A DNA stretch of 64,000 bases from Antedon mediterranea. Its lineage: Eukaryota; Animalia; Echinodermata. The DNA is taken from the NCBI RefSeq assembly GCF_964355755.1, contig NC_092672.1, positions 32,060,437 through 32,124,436 of the forward strand, given 5' to 3'. Numbering within the stretch: the first letter of the stretch is position 1; the number at the start of each line of letters is the position of its first letter. This document shows positions 1 through 13,900 of this stretch, piece by piece. The notes under the pieces were generated by a model. The model did no database searches and was not told the DNA's origin. It saw only the letters and a list, made by a program, of their open reading frames with translations. The translations under genes and the position numbers were made by a program.

Positions 1-78
1 GTCAAGTGTTGCTGCGGACCAGCACCAAAGCTCAATGTGAACGTAGCTTATACTCATTTATTTTATTCTCTTTGACAG

Positions 79-3000
79 GAACTTCAAGTGTTGCTAGGGC
101 CTGGAGCGCGTACTTCGATACGTTAGTTGGTGGAAAGATTGAAGCTTTTACGTTAGAACATTTGAAGATTAACGTTTCATGGTTGGCGGACTACCCGGAT
201 TTTCTTGCTTTTAGTATTTGTATTTTATTATCAAGTAAGTAAACTATATATATACACATATGTAGATGAATGTTGTAGGAATGATTCTTGTAGGGATCTT
301 TTTCTTGCTTTGAGAGAGGACGCAGCATTTGTGACCGACAATGCCAAGCATAAACATCAAATCAATTTGTACAATCAAGTAATCGAAAATCAAACATACT
401 TCTGACAACCAATGCGCACGTACGATGCATGACGTATAGGTCTATTCCTGAAGTCAGTCAAGTTTAAAAAAACAAACAAAAACGTACAGCACTAAAATAC
501 TCCTGATTAATTTGATATTCTCTGTTTACAACAGTCTTGTTAGGAATTGGCGTGAAGGAATCTTCGCGGTTCAACACGATTTTCACAATAGTGAACCTCA
601 TCGTCCTAACCTACGTCATCATCTGTGGGATGTTCAAAGCGGACACAGACAACTGGAAGATTCCAGAGGATGATGTGCCGCCAAAATATGGGGATGGTGG
701 CTTCTTTCCGTATGGATTTTCGGGAATGATATCGGGAGCAGCGACTTGTTTCTATGGATTCGTAGGATTTGATTGTATTGCGACAACGGGTAAGAAATTA
801 CGTACAAGTTCGTACAAATTTGACGACCTTACGTTACAGTGACCCCACCTAGGCGCTCTTAGTTTCTTTTGGGACACTCCTACTAAGAAGGACTTTGTTG
901 GGTTCCGAAGGTCCCATTTCAAAGGGCACCTCTTTAAGCTCAGTTCTCACTAAAGCTTGGTTCCCACTAGCGACACAACGTAACGCAATTTACTCAACGT
1001 AAGCAAATTCCCTTCCAGTAATTGTGTTTGCCGCCGCCTGCGTGAAATCAAACCTGCGATTTATACAACACTGTTGCGTCGTGGGTTCCCACTCAATTTG
1101 CGTCAATAAGTCGTTGCGTTGCGTTCTAGTGGCAACCACGCTTTGGACGCAACGCAAAGACGTAAGCCACAACGCAAACGAATTTACCAATCAAAATCAA
1201 CATTTGAATAATCAATCGCCTTGATGCGCTGCGTCTTTAATGGGAAACAAGCTTTACCGACACGTTAGACGTCCAATTCCTAAGTCAGTTGTGTCTCCGT
1301 TAAGTTGAATTGCTATCCCCCTTGGTGATGGCCCGAGAGGTGTCATCAGCTCCATTAGTGGTTAAACCATTTTAGGCCAAAATAAAATAACCGGATTTAT
1401 AATTCACAGGTGAAGAAGCCAAGAACCCCCGACGAGCCATCCCGATCAGTATTGTGATATCACTGTTCTTTATATTCATCGCATACTTCGGCATTTCCAT
1501 GACCATAACGCTCATGTGCCCATACTTCCTTCTGGATGAGAAAGCACCGCTGCCATTCGTATTCGATTACGTCGGTTGGACTTCGGCAAAATACGTCATT
1601 TCCATCGGCGCTGTGTGTGCGCTGTCAACTAGGTGAGTTTTTTAATTAAAAAAGAGAGAAATTGAACGCTTTTTTGACGATCATGAAACACATGCAGTCC
1701 TAATAAAACGATCAAAGTATCACTCATTGTATGTCCGTTTAAATTGGCTCTTGATACCAACTTAGTCAGATATTAATAATAACTAAGCCAGAACGAGTTT
1801 ATTAAATACATTGAGTGCTAGCTAAATAGAGTTTTGTTTATCCTTTAGTTTGCTTGGAGCGATGTTTCCACTTCCTCGAGTTATCTACGCCATGGCTAGT
1901 GACGGCATCATATTTAGGTTCCTTGCTCGAATCAACAGCCGCACCAAGACACCTGTACTGGCTACTATTCTATCTGGAGTATTTGCAGGTATTCTAAAGC
2001 TGATTCGCACCATGCAGGACGCAACGCAAGGACGTAAAGCGCACCATACCGCAAAGTAATTTGACCAATCACGACGCGTCGATCATCCATGTTTGGTAAA
2101 CTCACGTGCGTAGTGCCTCTACGTCGGTTGCGTGCGTCCAAGTGAATGTTCTTAGACGTTCTGTCATTTTATGATTCTGATACATGAAACCATTGTCGTA
2201 ATGGAGTTTAATGTTGGGGAGAGAAGAGGAGGACATAATCAGATTGGTACCATTGTTTCCACTTTGGAGCAAAAGATGGGTTATCACCCATTTAATTAAA
2301 CCAACATTTCAATGAATGTGTTCTCTTCCTGTTGGCAAAAAAACTTATCTCAAGGCATTATTCCATTGATATATTTTAATAACTTGTAGGTTTGATGGCG
2401 TTGATCTTTGACCTTGATGAGCTTGTAAACATGATGTCTATAGGAACTTTGCTTGCTTATACATTGGTAGCTTTCTCAGTTGTTGTATTGAGGTAAGAGA
2501 CTCTCTCACGATTAAATCTTTCCTTTCCAAAATTCCTATGTTTGACGATCGAAACACGCCTTAAAATCAGATTGTTTTTTCGCCGATGATGTCACAACGC
2601 ATATTGATTTCTTTGCCGTCGTGAGGTGGTTTCCCGAATTATTATGAAATCAAAACGGTACTGGGTATAACTAGCGTTCTGGTTACCAACTACCCATCTA
2701 TTCATAGAAGTACATGATGTAGCAGCCTATTTGTACGATGACTATAGAATTGACCCGTGACGTGACTTAGAAGAAGGTGATTAAAGTCACCATCACCGTC
2801 ATTAATTCATTTTAAATTTTTAACATTGTAGATATAGAGCGAGTAATGATAAAGATAGTGACTCGGTAAACGGTGTGGATACACATTATAGCAACGGTGT
2901 TGGGCTCTCACCGTCGTCAATTTCATCTACCCGACTTCGGATTGTGCATTCAGACGTTCCAACGCAACGCTCAGAAAATATTTCAAAAATATGTATAGGA

Positions 3001-4397
3001 GTAACATGTAAGTAATTTGAAAATGGCCGCCGCTAGAGAACATAACTAAAAGTTGTTTCCCATACCAGCAGTACTGTTGGTATTTGTCGCCAGACGTAAG
3101 ATAAAAAAGACTAGTTCCGGAGATCAACAGGTTTATCTGTTGCGCGACACGATTAGTTCCACGCCCCTTTTAATACCAGACAGAGAATTGTTAGTATTTG
3201 TCGCAGCCAGACATAAGATCAAAAGGACGGTTACGAATTTATATCTTGGCAAGGCGAGCTGAGTGTCCTGTTGTTAGATTGCCTTTTTGTCCTAGTGAGA
3301 ACCAATGCTTGTCGAATCTCAAACACAGTCACCACATTCATACCCTAAACATTACCGTGTAGTAGTTACCGTTTAGTAGAATAATACGATACATCCGAAA
3401 TACGAAACAACTAACATCCGGGTGTGTGCGCAATGATTGCAAGTGACACATATTCAAAGTAATAATAATATATAACCTTTTTTTCTTTCCCAGGTACTGC
3501 AATAATAGCAATTTCTGTACTAATAGTATTCGCACTAGATGATATAGCAAAGGCCAAATGGTGGGCATTACTACTCTTGATTATAACATCAACTTGTTTA
3601 GTAGCTGGTGGCTCCATTTTGGCCTTGCTGCCGCAAGATTCAACCGAGTTAGCATTTAAGGTAAGAATATCATACTGGACCAAGATTTCGGTCCAGATGT
3701 TTTTTTGTTAAACAAATCATGTGTCTGTCTTTTTGTTCCTTTTTAGAAATGCTTTTCATGCTAAATTGTATTTTTAGAAGAAAATAAATGTTATCTTGGA
3801 TTTAATGATTGATTGATTTATGTAATTATATTTGAATGAATATTGTAAAGCTCTGTCTACACTATCAAACTTTAGGCGACACCAAATGTGATCATGCCCA
3901 TAAATGGACATATTTGGGCACATCACACTTTTTTTTTCAAACTAGTTTGATAGTGTAGACAGAGCTTTATATTCATAATTCTCTTTCATAGGTTCCTCTG
4001 GTACCACTTCTTCCATTATTTAGTATATGGTTTAACGTAATCTTAATGCTGAAGTTGGATTATCAAACATGGATCCGATTTGCCGTGTGGATGGCAATTG
4101 GTAAGTTAAACACAGGATGCGTAGATCAAAAGGGGTATCTGTGGCTGCGAACCGATCAGTTCCACGCGTCAAACCTGCGCGCTGTTTTGGGTATGATGTG
4201 TTTTGTAAAAAAGACACTGCAAGGTACCGGTACTTAAATTAGTATAAATATATAGTCGATAATTGTTATAATTTTATTTCTTTACAGGGTTTGTAGTATA
4301 TTTTGTTTATGGTATTTTCAACAGCAACGAAAGGAAACGATACGTCGATGAAGATAAAGACGAAAGCGACGAAACAGCAAAACTATTAGACAACTGA
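79..4397 (+). CDS. Cationic amino acid transporter (SLC7A1-4/CAT family), 5'-partial; exons 79-234, 535-789, 1410-1632, 1849-1988, 2390-2492, 2832-3007, 3494-3660, 3992-4100, 4288-4397
   Basis: Spliced translation has CAT-family motifs [71 protein letters not shown] and [13 protein letters not shown] junctions are in phase; stop TGA 4395-4397. Confidence 0.93.
954..1253. mobile_element. MITE family B (TIR AGCTTGGTTCCCACTAG), PIF/Harbinger-like; other copies or remnants near 33249-33400, 34084-34238, 54640-54831, 54970-55618, 63563-63718
   Basis: Inverted termini AGCTTGGTTCCCACT...AGTGGGAACCAAGCT flanked by TAA/TTA, internal ACGCA/TGCGT repeats, many copies in the window. Superfamily is inferred from the AG..CT ends and TWA target. 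Confidence 0.8.
3060..3270 (+). repeat. Dispersed repeat; second copy ~5913-6078, fragment ~4124-4170
   Basis: Shared blocks CCGGAGATCAA..GTTTATCTGT..AGTTCCACGC and GTATTTGT.GCAGCCAGACATAAGATCAAA..GTTACGA..CAAGGCGAGCT. Confidence 0.75.
3850..3966. mobile_element. MITE family A (TIR AGCTCTGTCTACACTATCAAAC), PIF/Harbinger-like; other copies near 6784-6940, 7255-7360, 12537-12686, 26557-26696, 28008-28146, 29100-29230, 30132-30250, 33554-33694, 42866-43018, 47835-47930, 54127-54224
   Basis: AGCTCTGTCTACACTATCAAAC...GTTTGATAGTGTAGACAGAGCT between TAA and TTA, with a shared core GTGATGTGCCCATATATGGACATGATG; about 12 copies. Confidence 0.85.
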
Positions 4398-7023
4398 ATG
4401 TAATGTTTTTAGTTTAATCTACATTGATTTTACGTGAGGTGGCCTATTAGCACTACATGAATATCTGTATTGTTCTTTATTATGTTTATAACGTCATTTT
4501 AAACCATTTAACATATTTTTTAATTTGTACAGTACAAATTCACTTTTGTTGTAATAATCCCAGGCCTAAGTTTTAATCCAATTAATAATGTTCAGTATTG
4601 TTGTTAATTTTTAATGATAATTTGTTTTTGTTATAATCATATGTTTTAGATAGTATGTAAAGTTTTATTATTAATGTCATTGTTTGTATGTAGGCATATG
4701 TGATGATCTTATACATTAATTTTAACGATTTATTTGATTATGATTAGGCCTATCCAATGTGTAGCTAGTTGTACTTAATATATAGGTATTGTACTAAGCA
4801 TTGACGTAGGCCTGTCTGCCTATTCAATAGGCCTATTTCTTAAAAATTTATTTTTAAAAATGGAGCAATAAATATCTTTGTATACAATACACGCAAAATA
4901 CTAATTTATTGGATTTTTTTTACAAAATTGAGCCGAAACCGGAAAAAAAAGTCTATCGTGTCCTTACATCAATCTCCGTCTCATGTCAGATCATACTTAG
5001 ATTCGCCTTCGAATCTGTTGAAATTGTTTATTTTTAAAATAATTGTGCAAGTAGTCAACATTTGGTGTAAATGTCGAATAATTATTAAAAACAAAAAGAG
5101 AACTACTTTTTGTCGAGAATACCGGCGTGCTAAGATGTTGAGCATGAGCTTGCCGCCGGTAAACTTTCACCAACACGTGATAATATCTCCACCAATAGGA
5201 CGTTCGTATTAGATCAGAAGTTTGGTCTGAAAATCAGACGTACTTACAACGAACAACTTGTACTATTCTTAGCCTAGCCTAGTTTGTAATAAATATCTTC
5301 TATTCTGCTCAATGAACAAAAATCGTGTGGAATTACTTGATACCGATGTCGTATATTTCATATTCACACATCGTTGCAATTCGATTATTGTAGGTATTTA
5401 CTTGTCAGTAGTAGAAGATGGCCTCTAAGCCCTAGGCTACACGGTTATCAACTGCCCGTGAGTGTGTACTTATCACCAGGCGTACGCCGCACAACATTAC
5501 TTTGCGTACAGGTTAAATTTAGCAGACAACCGCAATTCACAGTGGAAAATAACGATGGAGCTAGTTTTCCTCCTTGGATCTATAAAGGAGATGTTCATGG
5601 TATAACAACATCCATGATAATTCACAGGATTTTTCAGAAAGAAAAATTCGGGTAAGCAATTATTATTCCTTATTATTTCTTAGATTTAGTGTAAAACAGG
5701 ATAGCCTCTCCTAGACCAAGTTGAATGTTGAAAGCAACAATAGTTGAGTGACGAGATGGTATTTTAAACTCAAACCAAGCTGCAAAATAATGATTTTTCT
5801 CAAAGCAATATGGAATAGGTTGAGTCATTTGAGTGGCCCATCCTGTTGTATATCAGTTTACCTGCCAAAGTCACTTGGCTCAATCAAGGCAATCTAACAA
5901 CAGGATGATGAGCTCCGGAGATCAAAGAGTTTATCTGTGGCTGTGACACAATCAGTTCCACGCTCCTTAACACCACACACCACAGAAATAGTACAGTACT
6001 GTTGGTATTTGTTGCAGCCAGACATAAGATCAAATGACTGTTACGAGTTCCTATCTTTGCAAGGCGAGCTCAGTGTGTGGTTGCCTTGGCTCAATCCTAC
6101 AGTAACATTGGTGTGAAACTGCTCTTCATTCAAAAAGCAGTATACAGTAGTATATTATAATAGAAAACAAATTCCGAAGGTTACACTAATGTAATTTTAT
6201 TATCTTAATGATAAAAACTTACTAAATTTATAAAAAATTGAAAAATATGCAACACAACATCACCATTCTAGAACTGCAAACTGTCTAATTATTGATGTAT
6301 TCAATATTCCACAAAATAATAATTTGGTATAATATATAAATATAAAGGAAATACTTTCCTATGAACAAACTAGGGGAAATGATGTTGACAGTCCTTATTA
6401 AGGAGACACTTTGTTCGGTCCCGAAGGTGTCTCCTTAATAGGTGTTTAACTGTATTATAAGTACTATAGCTAATTTTAAAATAAATAAGTTCTACATACA
6501 TCATTTAGCACTGTGAACTTTTACTACTGTAACTGGAAAATTACAATATTGTGAAATTGATTATTGGAAATTCTGAGTCTAAAATAATACAATGAGTTTT
6601 TTTTATCCAGGGCTCTCCTTTAACATTATTAGCAATAGTACCACCAGTGCCATGGTATAATTAAATTCACTTAAAATAGGCTAACAAGATCATTTGATTG
6701 CTTGGTCAATAGACATCTCCAATGACATTGATTTGTACAAGAGATGGCACTGACAATGATATCATCAGCCAACACAGCTTTAAGCTCAGTCTACACTATA
6801 GCAAACTAGTTTGACAAAAAGGTGTGATTTGATCAAATAGTGATATGCCCACATATGGTAGTGGTATGACATCATCATGTCCATATATAGGCACATCACA
6901 TTTTTTTGTCACATGAAGTTTGATAGTGTAGACAAGGCTTTAGTCTACACAGGAGACTGCATTGACAATATCTTTTGAAGATTGTGAATTTGGCCTGTAC
7001 AAGATATGGCATTAATGAGGATC

Positions 7024-9594
7024 TCATCTGCAGTATGTGGCATCAATCTGCACAAGACATGGCAGAGCCAATTTCACTTTGCGTCTGTATGCCGAATCCT
7101 TCTGGATTGGGTTTTGTTCCAAGTAGACCGTCTGTAGATTGGTGGCGTTGCGTAGCTTATCTAGGTCAGCAAAGTTTTCCAGCAGATTTCCATTAAACTT
7201 TTTGAACCAAAAATATATATATATAAAAATATGGATTTCAAACAGTGTACATAAATCTGTCTACACTATAAAACTAGTTTGCCAAATAAAGTGTGTCTAA
7301 ATATGGTAGTGATATGCCCAAATATGGTAGAGATATGACATCATGTGCATAGACAAAGCTTACATAATATAGTAAATAAGTAAAATTTGAAAGTACTATA
7401 CATGAAAATTAGTTTAAATTCTTACCCAGAATTCCTCTAACTTGACAAGATGTCCAACATTCTCAATCCTTTTGACCTTGTTACAGGCCAGGTCAAGGGT
7501 CGTTAGGTTCATATTCTTTTCTAATCCTTCGATTGCTTCAACACCATTGTGACTTAAGTACAATTCTTCTAACATTTCCAATTCATCTAAGTTTTCTATT
7601 TTAGTAATTCGATTACTCTGAAAATAAAGGTTATATATTATTTTGACATTATGGCAGTGTGGTTAGGCACCAACATTATTAGTGTGCACATGTTGGTTCA
7701 TGTTTGAGTCTTCATACTTATGAGGTCAAGTTGTTTTACTAACCTGTATACTTAACACTTTCAGCTTTTTAAGAGCACCTAAGTTTTCAAGCTTTGTTAT
7801 CTTATTCTTGCCAATGAATAAGCTCTCTAGGTTCACCAGTGCATCCAAATTTTCCAGTTTCTGAAATAAATATAATACATATTTCATAATTTGTCAACAG
7901 TGTTGAGGCATGTCCAAGCATGTGTCTAAATACACGCCTTTATGCTGCTATATTGGCATAGAAAACTAGGTGAACAGTGGACCATGCAGATAAAAAACAT
8001 GGAAGGTTGACCTCTGACAGCCATTTCCAGTCTTTTACATGGTTTTATTACTGACATTTTAGGAGAAGCAGATCAAAGGTTTAGAATGAGATGATAATGA
8101 GCCCTATTGGACAGTATAAGATCAGACAAATTCATCTAATTCATGGAAGCTCTCCTTCACATGACACACTACTCACCCTAATTCTATTGCTGCCCAACTC
8201 TAACATAATCATCTGGGTCAGTGAAGAGAGGTTGTCAATTCTTGAAATCTTATTTTGAATCAGGAAAAGCTTCTTTATCTTCACCAACAACTCCAAGTTC
8301 TCCACTACACGAATGGCATTAAAAGACAGATCCAGTGTACTGCAAGGAGGAAAGAGTTGTTGAAAAATGTGTGTGTATTCAGGTAAAGTATTTGGTTAAA
8401 AGAGGTATATGTGGACCGGTTGCCAACATTCACCACAAATTGCTCACAGGACCCTATTTTATGACATCTTTTAACCTGACTATATTGTTTCAATCTATCT
8501 AGAACCTGTTTCAAAAACTCAACACTGCACATGACTTGTTATTTATTTAATAAAAATGTCAATAGATAGTAATTTGTATTATAATAATTTAATTCAAATA
8601 TTTATCCCATTTTCTACTTAGTACAGTACATACATATCTCAAAATTAAAATTTTTACAATAAAGTTGTATCTTGTATGGTGCAACAGCCATTTAGCATAA
8701 TATTTGTGTACAGTGCATTAGAGTATGATTTAGATTACTATTTATAATACTTACTGTAGGTTTGTAAGTGTTTGTAAACCCTCAATCTTTTTTAGTTTGT
8801 TGTCATAGAGATCAAGATCTTCTAATGTCACTAACTGTGCCAATCCTTCTATCTTCTCTATTTCATTTTGACGTAAACAAAGAGACTAAAAAGAAGTAAT
8901 AATTCAAAAGGTTAAATATGGTCTGGGAAAACTAGTTATTAATACTGTAGACTAATTAAAATACAAAAGAAATTGGCCATCTTACAGTGGAGTATTACTA
9001 CTGTAGATACATAGACCCCATTTGCACTTTGTGTCTTGGCCCTGGATTGAGTTCACATTCAATCGTTTGGGACCGATCCAGCGTGTTTACACAGCGGCCC
9101 TGAAGATTCACTTTACTTCATTTTATCAAGCCAATGGTCACGACTCAGGGCTGGCCTAACTTTATGTTGTATTCACACGCGACCCATCCCAAAACGTAAG
9201 TGTAAATGGGGTCTTAGATACTTACAATTACTTGATAGAGCACTTCAAGATGTTGGATTCTATCAATCCTTCGATGATTTAGATCAACGTCCTGTTATAA
9301 AACAAATTAAAGTATTTTATTTTTAAACAAAATGAGTACAAGTCATATAACACATTATTAAGTGTACTTTATTTCTCAAGGATGTAAATGTGCTGGGTGG
9401 CTCGTTAGGCACTTTAATTGTATGACCCACTATACAACCCCTGGGAGAGGTGTGTCATTGACAAGTGCATTAGGTGTAGTATTTACTGTAGCATCAGGAT
9501 CGATGACAATTGGCTGAGGGGGTGGCAACTGAATTGTGCTGATTTGTTGCTGTTGCGGCTGTGTGTCACTTTCTCCATCAGATTCATCAGACAT
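7024..9594 (-). CDS. PPP1R7: Protein phosphatase 1 regulatory subunit 7 (Sds22), 316 aa; exons 9594-9487, 9291-9226, 8885-8755, 8339-8177, 7860-7744, 7617-7426, 7197-7024
   Basis: Absent from the ORF track. Manual minus-strand translation gives SDS22-type LRRs (LDLYDNKLKKIEGL, LELGSNRIR, LYLSHNGVEAIEGLE) and the LRR cap TVYLEQNPIQKDSAYRRKVKLALPCLVQIDATYCR*; all phases agree. Confidence 0.95.
9013..9214. mobile_element. MITE with TIR AGACCCCATTT(G/A)CACTT
   Basis: AGACCCCATTTGCACTT at the left and AAGTGTAAATGGGGTCT at the right. Confidence 0.7.
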
Positions 9595-9959
9595 CTTGTT
9601 GGCTGGTTTCCAATTCCTACAATAAAAATAATTTAATTAAAAATAAAATAAAAATCATCAAATTGACAATAAATGGAAATCTGATTTTTTTTCCTGCTAC
9701 TACTACTAGTAGGCCAGGCAGGGCCTAGACTAGTACTACTACTGCTGGCCTATAGGCTACTATACTAGCCTGCCCTCCTAGCAAGTTAGTAATACTACTA
9801 GGCCTAGTAGGCCTAGCCTACTATATACTACTTACTTATACTAGCTAGGCTAGTAGCACCGGCGTATCTAGGCCTACATATACAGCGCTCTAGTTAGGCT
9901 TGGAACTAACCTAGCCTTTGACACCTTGATATATTTGGCATATGCCACACAATACTTAC

Positions 9960-10345
9960 CGTCGATAACAATAATATTTAATTTTAAGCCTATTATTAAT
10001 GAGAAGTTTTGATTTTGGAAAAAGTAACCCCTAGCTCTAGGGTAGGTTGAAGAGAGAAGTCGAGTGATGATATTGAGAAAAAATATTAGTCTAGCGCCAC
10101 CATTAATATCGTCACCGTAGGAGGCGCTCTTTAGCAACAGGCTACACGACAAAAAGTCGGAGAAACAAAAACTTGAAGAGAGGAAATAGTCGAATTTGTA
10201 CCAATATTTAGTAGAAAAAGGTAAGTCTTTCAATGAAATTAACTTTTAAAAAGAAATAGAAATATTTAATATCCACAGTGGATTTTAAAATTACCTTATT
10301 TTCAATGAATTTTGCTACCAGCTGTGCAAATCTGAACGCCATATT
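9960..10345. promoter_or_regulatory. Probable bidirectional promoter of PPP1R7 and SLC33A1
   Basis: Minus-strand donor near 9959 (GTAAGT) and plus-strand donor at 10221 (GTAAGT) point away from each other; locally CpG-richer; YY1-like CGCCATATT near 10337. Confidence 0.55.
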
Positions 10346-10983
10346 TCGCCGGTGTGCTGGCGGTGGTGTGACGTTCGATCCGGTACCGTACAGAGCCTCT
10401 GAGGGTAGAGGGCCTAGTGGTACAGTAGTGAATCTAGGCTAGGCCTGGCCCTAGTATAGACTAGTTACAGGCAGTTAATAATAGTTAGTAGAGTAAATCA
10501 TAGGCCTTTTGTTTGACTCTATTATAAAATGTTATGTGACACATTTTTATATTTTGGCATAACAAAGTTAAACCACCGAATCACCACATAAATTATAATT
10601 AGGCCAATAAATAAAATAAAAATGATTTAATCAATTCAATTCACTATAGGCCTACATTTTTTCTTAATAAATAGGGCTAAATTTGTTTGACGAGACTTGG
10701 GTCTTCTTGTGGTCTATCTCTAAAGTAAATCTAAAGTAGCTAGTAGAGTAGGTAGGGAGAATGTGTTTTTTATTATTTTAAAATTTAATTGTATTATTGC
10801 GGAGTCTGCCAAGAGTCTGCATATACAATACAGTACAGGTATACAATTGATTACTTCATTGTAATTATTATTATATATCTTATAAATCTTTAACCTAACT
10901 TATTTTTGCTACATCAAACTCTTCCAAAATCAAATCATTCAATCACAAATATTATTTATATTTTCAGATTAAAGACACTTGGA

Positions 10984-13900
10984 ATGACATCCCGAAAAAA
11001 TGTAAAGCAACCACGTACAACGTATAACAGTAAAACTAGATCTGGAACTCAATATGGTATTGAGAGTGACGAAAGATACATGGACGAGGGGGGAACACGT
11101 TTATTATTGAGGCCTGGAACTACAGAGATGGCACCTCACAGAGGACTAGAAGAGGATCGATGGAATGTGGCCATTCTTCTCTTTCTGTACATCCTTCAAG
11201 GGATTCCATTAGGCCTAGCTGGGAGCCTACCACTTGTTCTGCAAGCGTACAAGATCTCATACAAACAGCAAGCCATGTTGAGTTTTATATTCTGGCCTTT
11301 CAGTTTAAAACTACTCTGGGCACCGATTGTGGATTCGGTTTTTATCTCAAGATTCGGTCGACGGAAAACATGGCTGATCCCGACACAATATTTAATTGGG
11401 ACAACAATGATATTGCTCTCATGGAATGTGAAGTCTTTTCTTGGGGAAAAAGGCTCTAACATAGAACCAAACGTTCTTGTCTTAACAGTGTTATTTTTTT
11501 TATTGAACTTTTTAGCAGCTACTCAAGATATAGCGGTGGATGGGTGGGCCCTTACGATGCTTGCAAAGCGTAACCTAGGTTACGCATCCACGTGCAATTC
11601 TGTTGGTCAGACTGCTGGGTATTTCCTTGGTAATGTTGTTTTTCTTGCATTTGAATCAGCAGAGTTTTGTAATGCATATATTCGCTCAGAACCAGCTGAT
11701 GAGGGGTTGTTTACTCTCACAGGTTAGTGAAAGTAAACAAGATTTCATTCATCAATTTGACAAGTTTTAATGAGTAAAGGCAGTATCACCTCAATTGGTT
11801 GCAACACAACAAAATTCTTTGGCTTATTATAAGTAAATTCTGCTTATATGCCCCTCTAGATATTCCTTCCCACGTTCTCCTATGGGTTGAACTTCAATAG
11901 GTGGTTTGTCCAATTAACTCTCAATCTCTGATTTAAATTTATATACTACAGTATATACACAATATTAAACACCTTTAGCATGTCTGTTTTCTAGTATATT
12001 CTGAAATGTGTTTTTTAATGGCAAGTTATTAATTAATATACTGTACTATAATTCTACCTTAATGTACGGCACACCTGGACATTGCATATCAACAATTTTT
12101 AACCCAAACCTCTGTATTGTTAAATATTTAATTACATTGTATGTATTGTATAATTAATTGTTTTGCTGTACTGTTTCATATGATTAGTATTGATTTTCTT
12201 TTCAGATTTTCTATTTTTTTGGGGTCTAGTATTCATCATTTGTACGACGCTAGTATTTATTTTAAAACATGAACGTTCTGATCAAAAAGAGGAAGAATCT
12301 ATAGAAGGCGTTGTAGGAACGTACAAGCAACTATATAAAATTGTAAAACTTGTTCCAGTAAAACAATACATATTGATCGCACTTACTATAAAAGTAAGTA
12401 CTCATATTTCGGTTCCTATAAATACAGTAGTGTTCAATGTAAACCCTGATGTGAAACTGTTTTATTAATTACAACTGTAATATTGACAAATTTAGAAACA
12501 AGCAATATATCTTATTTATGTTCTAGTGGGGATTAAGCTCTGTCTACACTATCTAACTTTATATGACAAATAATGTGATGTGCCCATATATAGACATGAT
12601 AATGTCATATCATTATCACTACCATATGTGGGCATATCACTGTCATATTTGAGCACATCACAATCAAGTTTGTGTAGACAGATCTTTATACAAGATTATA
12701 TACATTAATTTAACCAGCTTATTATCTCTCTTTTCAGATTGGTTTTGCAGCCACTGACAGTGTGACGGGTTTAAAGTTAATAGAAGCTGGGGTACCCAAA
12801 GAAAGGCTAGCCATGCTTGCTGTTCCATTGGTGCCAATACAAATTATATTACCTTGGGTTATAGCTAAATATACTGCAGGGCCTAAGCCGCTTAATGTCA
12901 TGCTGAACGCTATGCCCTTTAGGTAAGCTACACTTGAAATAATCGGCAAATATTTTGAAAATTGTATAGGACCAAGTATAATCCTATGCTTGAGTGTAAT
13001 CCCATTTAGGCTAAATTTGGACATAAGTCTGTGCTAAATAATGTAAATTGTCATTGAAAAGCATGTCTATCTTCACCAAGGACGCCAATATGCTTTTATT
13101 TATTCATATTATATTTCATTTATTTTACCCATGAATATAAATTATAAACATTGTAACATAAAAATAATAATAATTATAACAAGGGAAGGGCTTAAAAATA
13201 GTTTAAACTAATCAAGTGCAGGTTTGTCCTTATTTTGCCCACTGGGTCAATCAGCCAGTTTAATTTTTACTGGCCATCAATTATTATCATTGATTATTAT
13301 AAGTTTTCTGTGAGGTTAATTATTAAAACTAATATCTTTGGTTTTATAGATTATTAATGGGAATTGTTTTTATGTACATTGTAAACTGGACCCCATCAAT
13401 GAAACTTGAAAGTGGTGAATTTCCTAACTCTTATTATATTGTCATTCTGCTGTGTTACGCATTCCACCAGGTAAGATATAGACCAAAACTTTACATTCTA
13501 ACCGAAGGACGAGTCAATGTGGTATATACTGTACATGCAATCAGCTTCTTTACGTCCTAACCGAAGGATGAGTTAATGTGGTATATACACGCAACAAGCG
13601 GCAAGGCAATATCTAAAATTAAATTTATGTCTTTATTTTTTTTTAGGTGACACTTTACTGTATGTTTGTATCTATTATGGCATTTCATTCGAAAATCAGC
13701 GATCCACTTATCGGTGGTACTTATATAACCCTCTTGAACACTGTTGCAAATCTAGGAGGAAATTGGCCAGCAACTGTTGCGTTGTGGCTTATTGACTTCT
13801 TGACGTTTAGGTCATGCCACGGTGCAGACGCTGGCTACGATTGCGATACCAAAGAAGAAAAAGAGGTATGTTTGTTATTTTATTATATCTATTTATACTT

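Noticed and set aside
10295-10342. Minus-strand ATG exon MAFRFAQLVAKFIENK as the PPP1R7 start
   Set aside because: Splicing to the next exon is out of frame with PPP1R7 and stops quickly; better explained as a YY1-like motif, though a uORF cannot be excluded.
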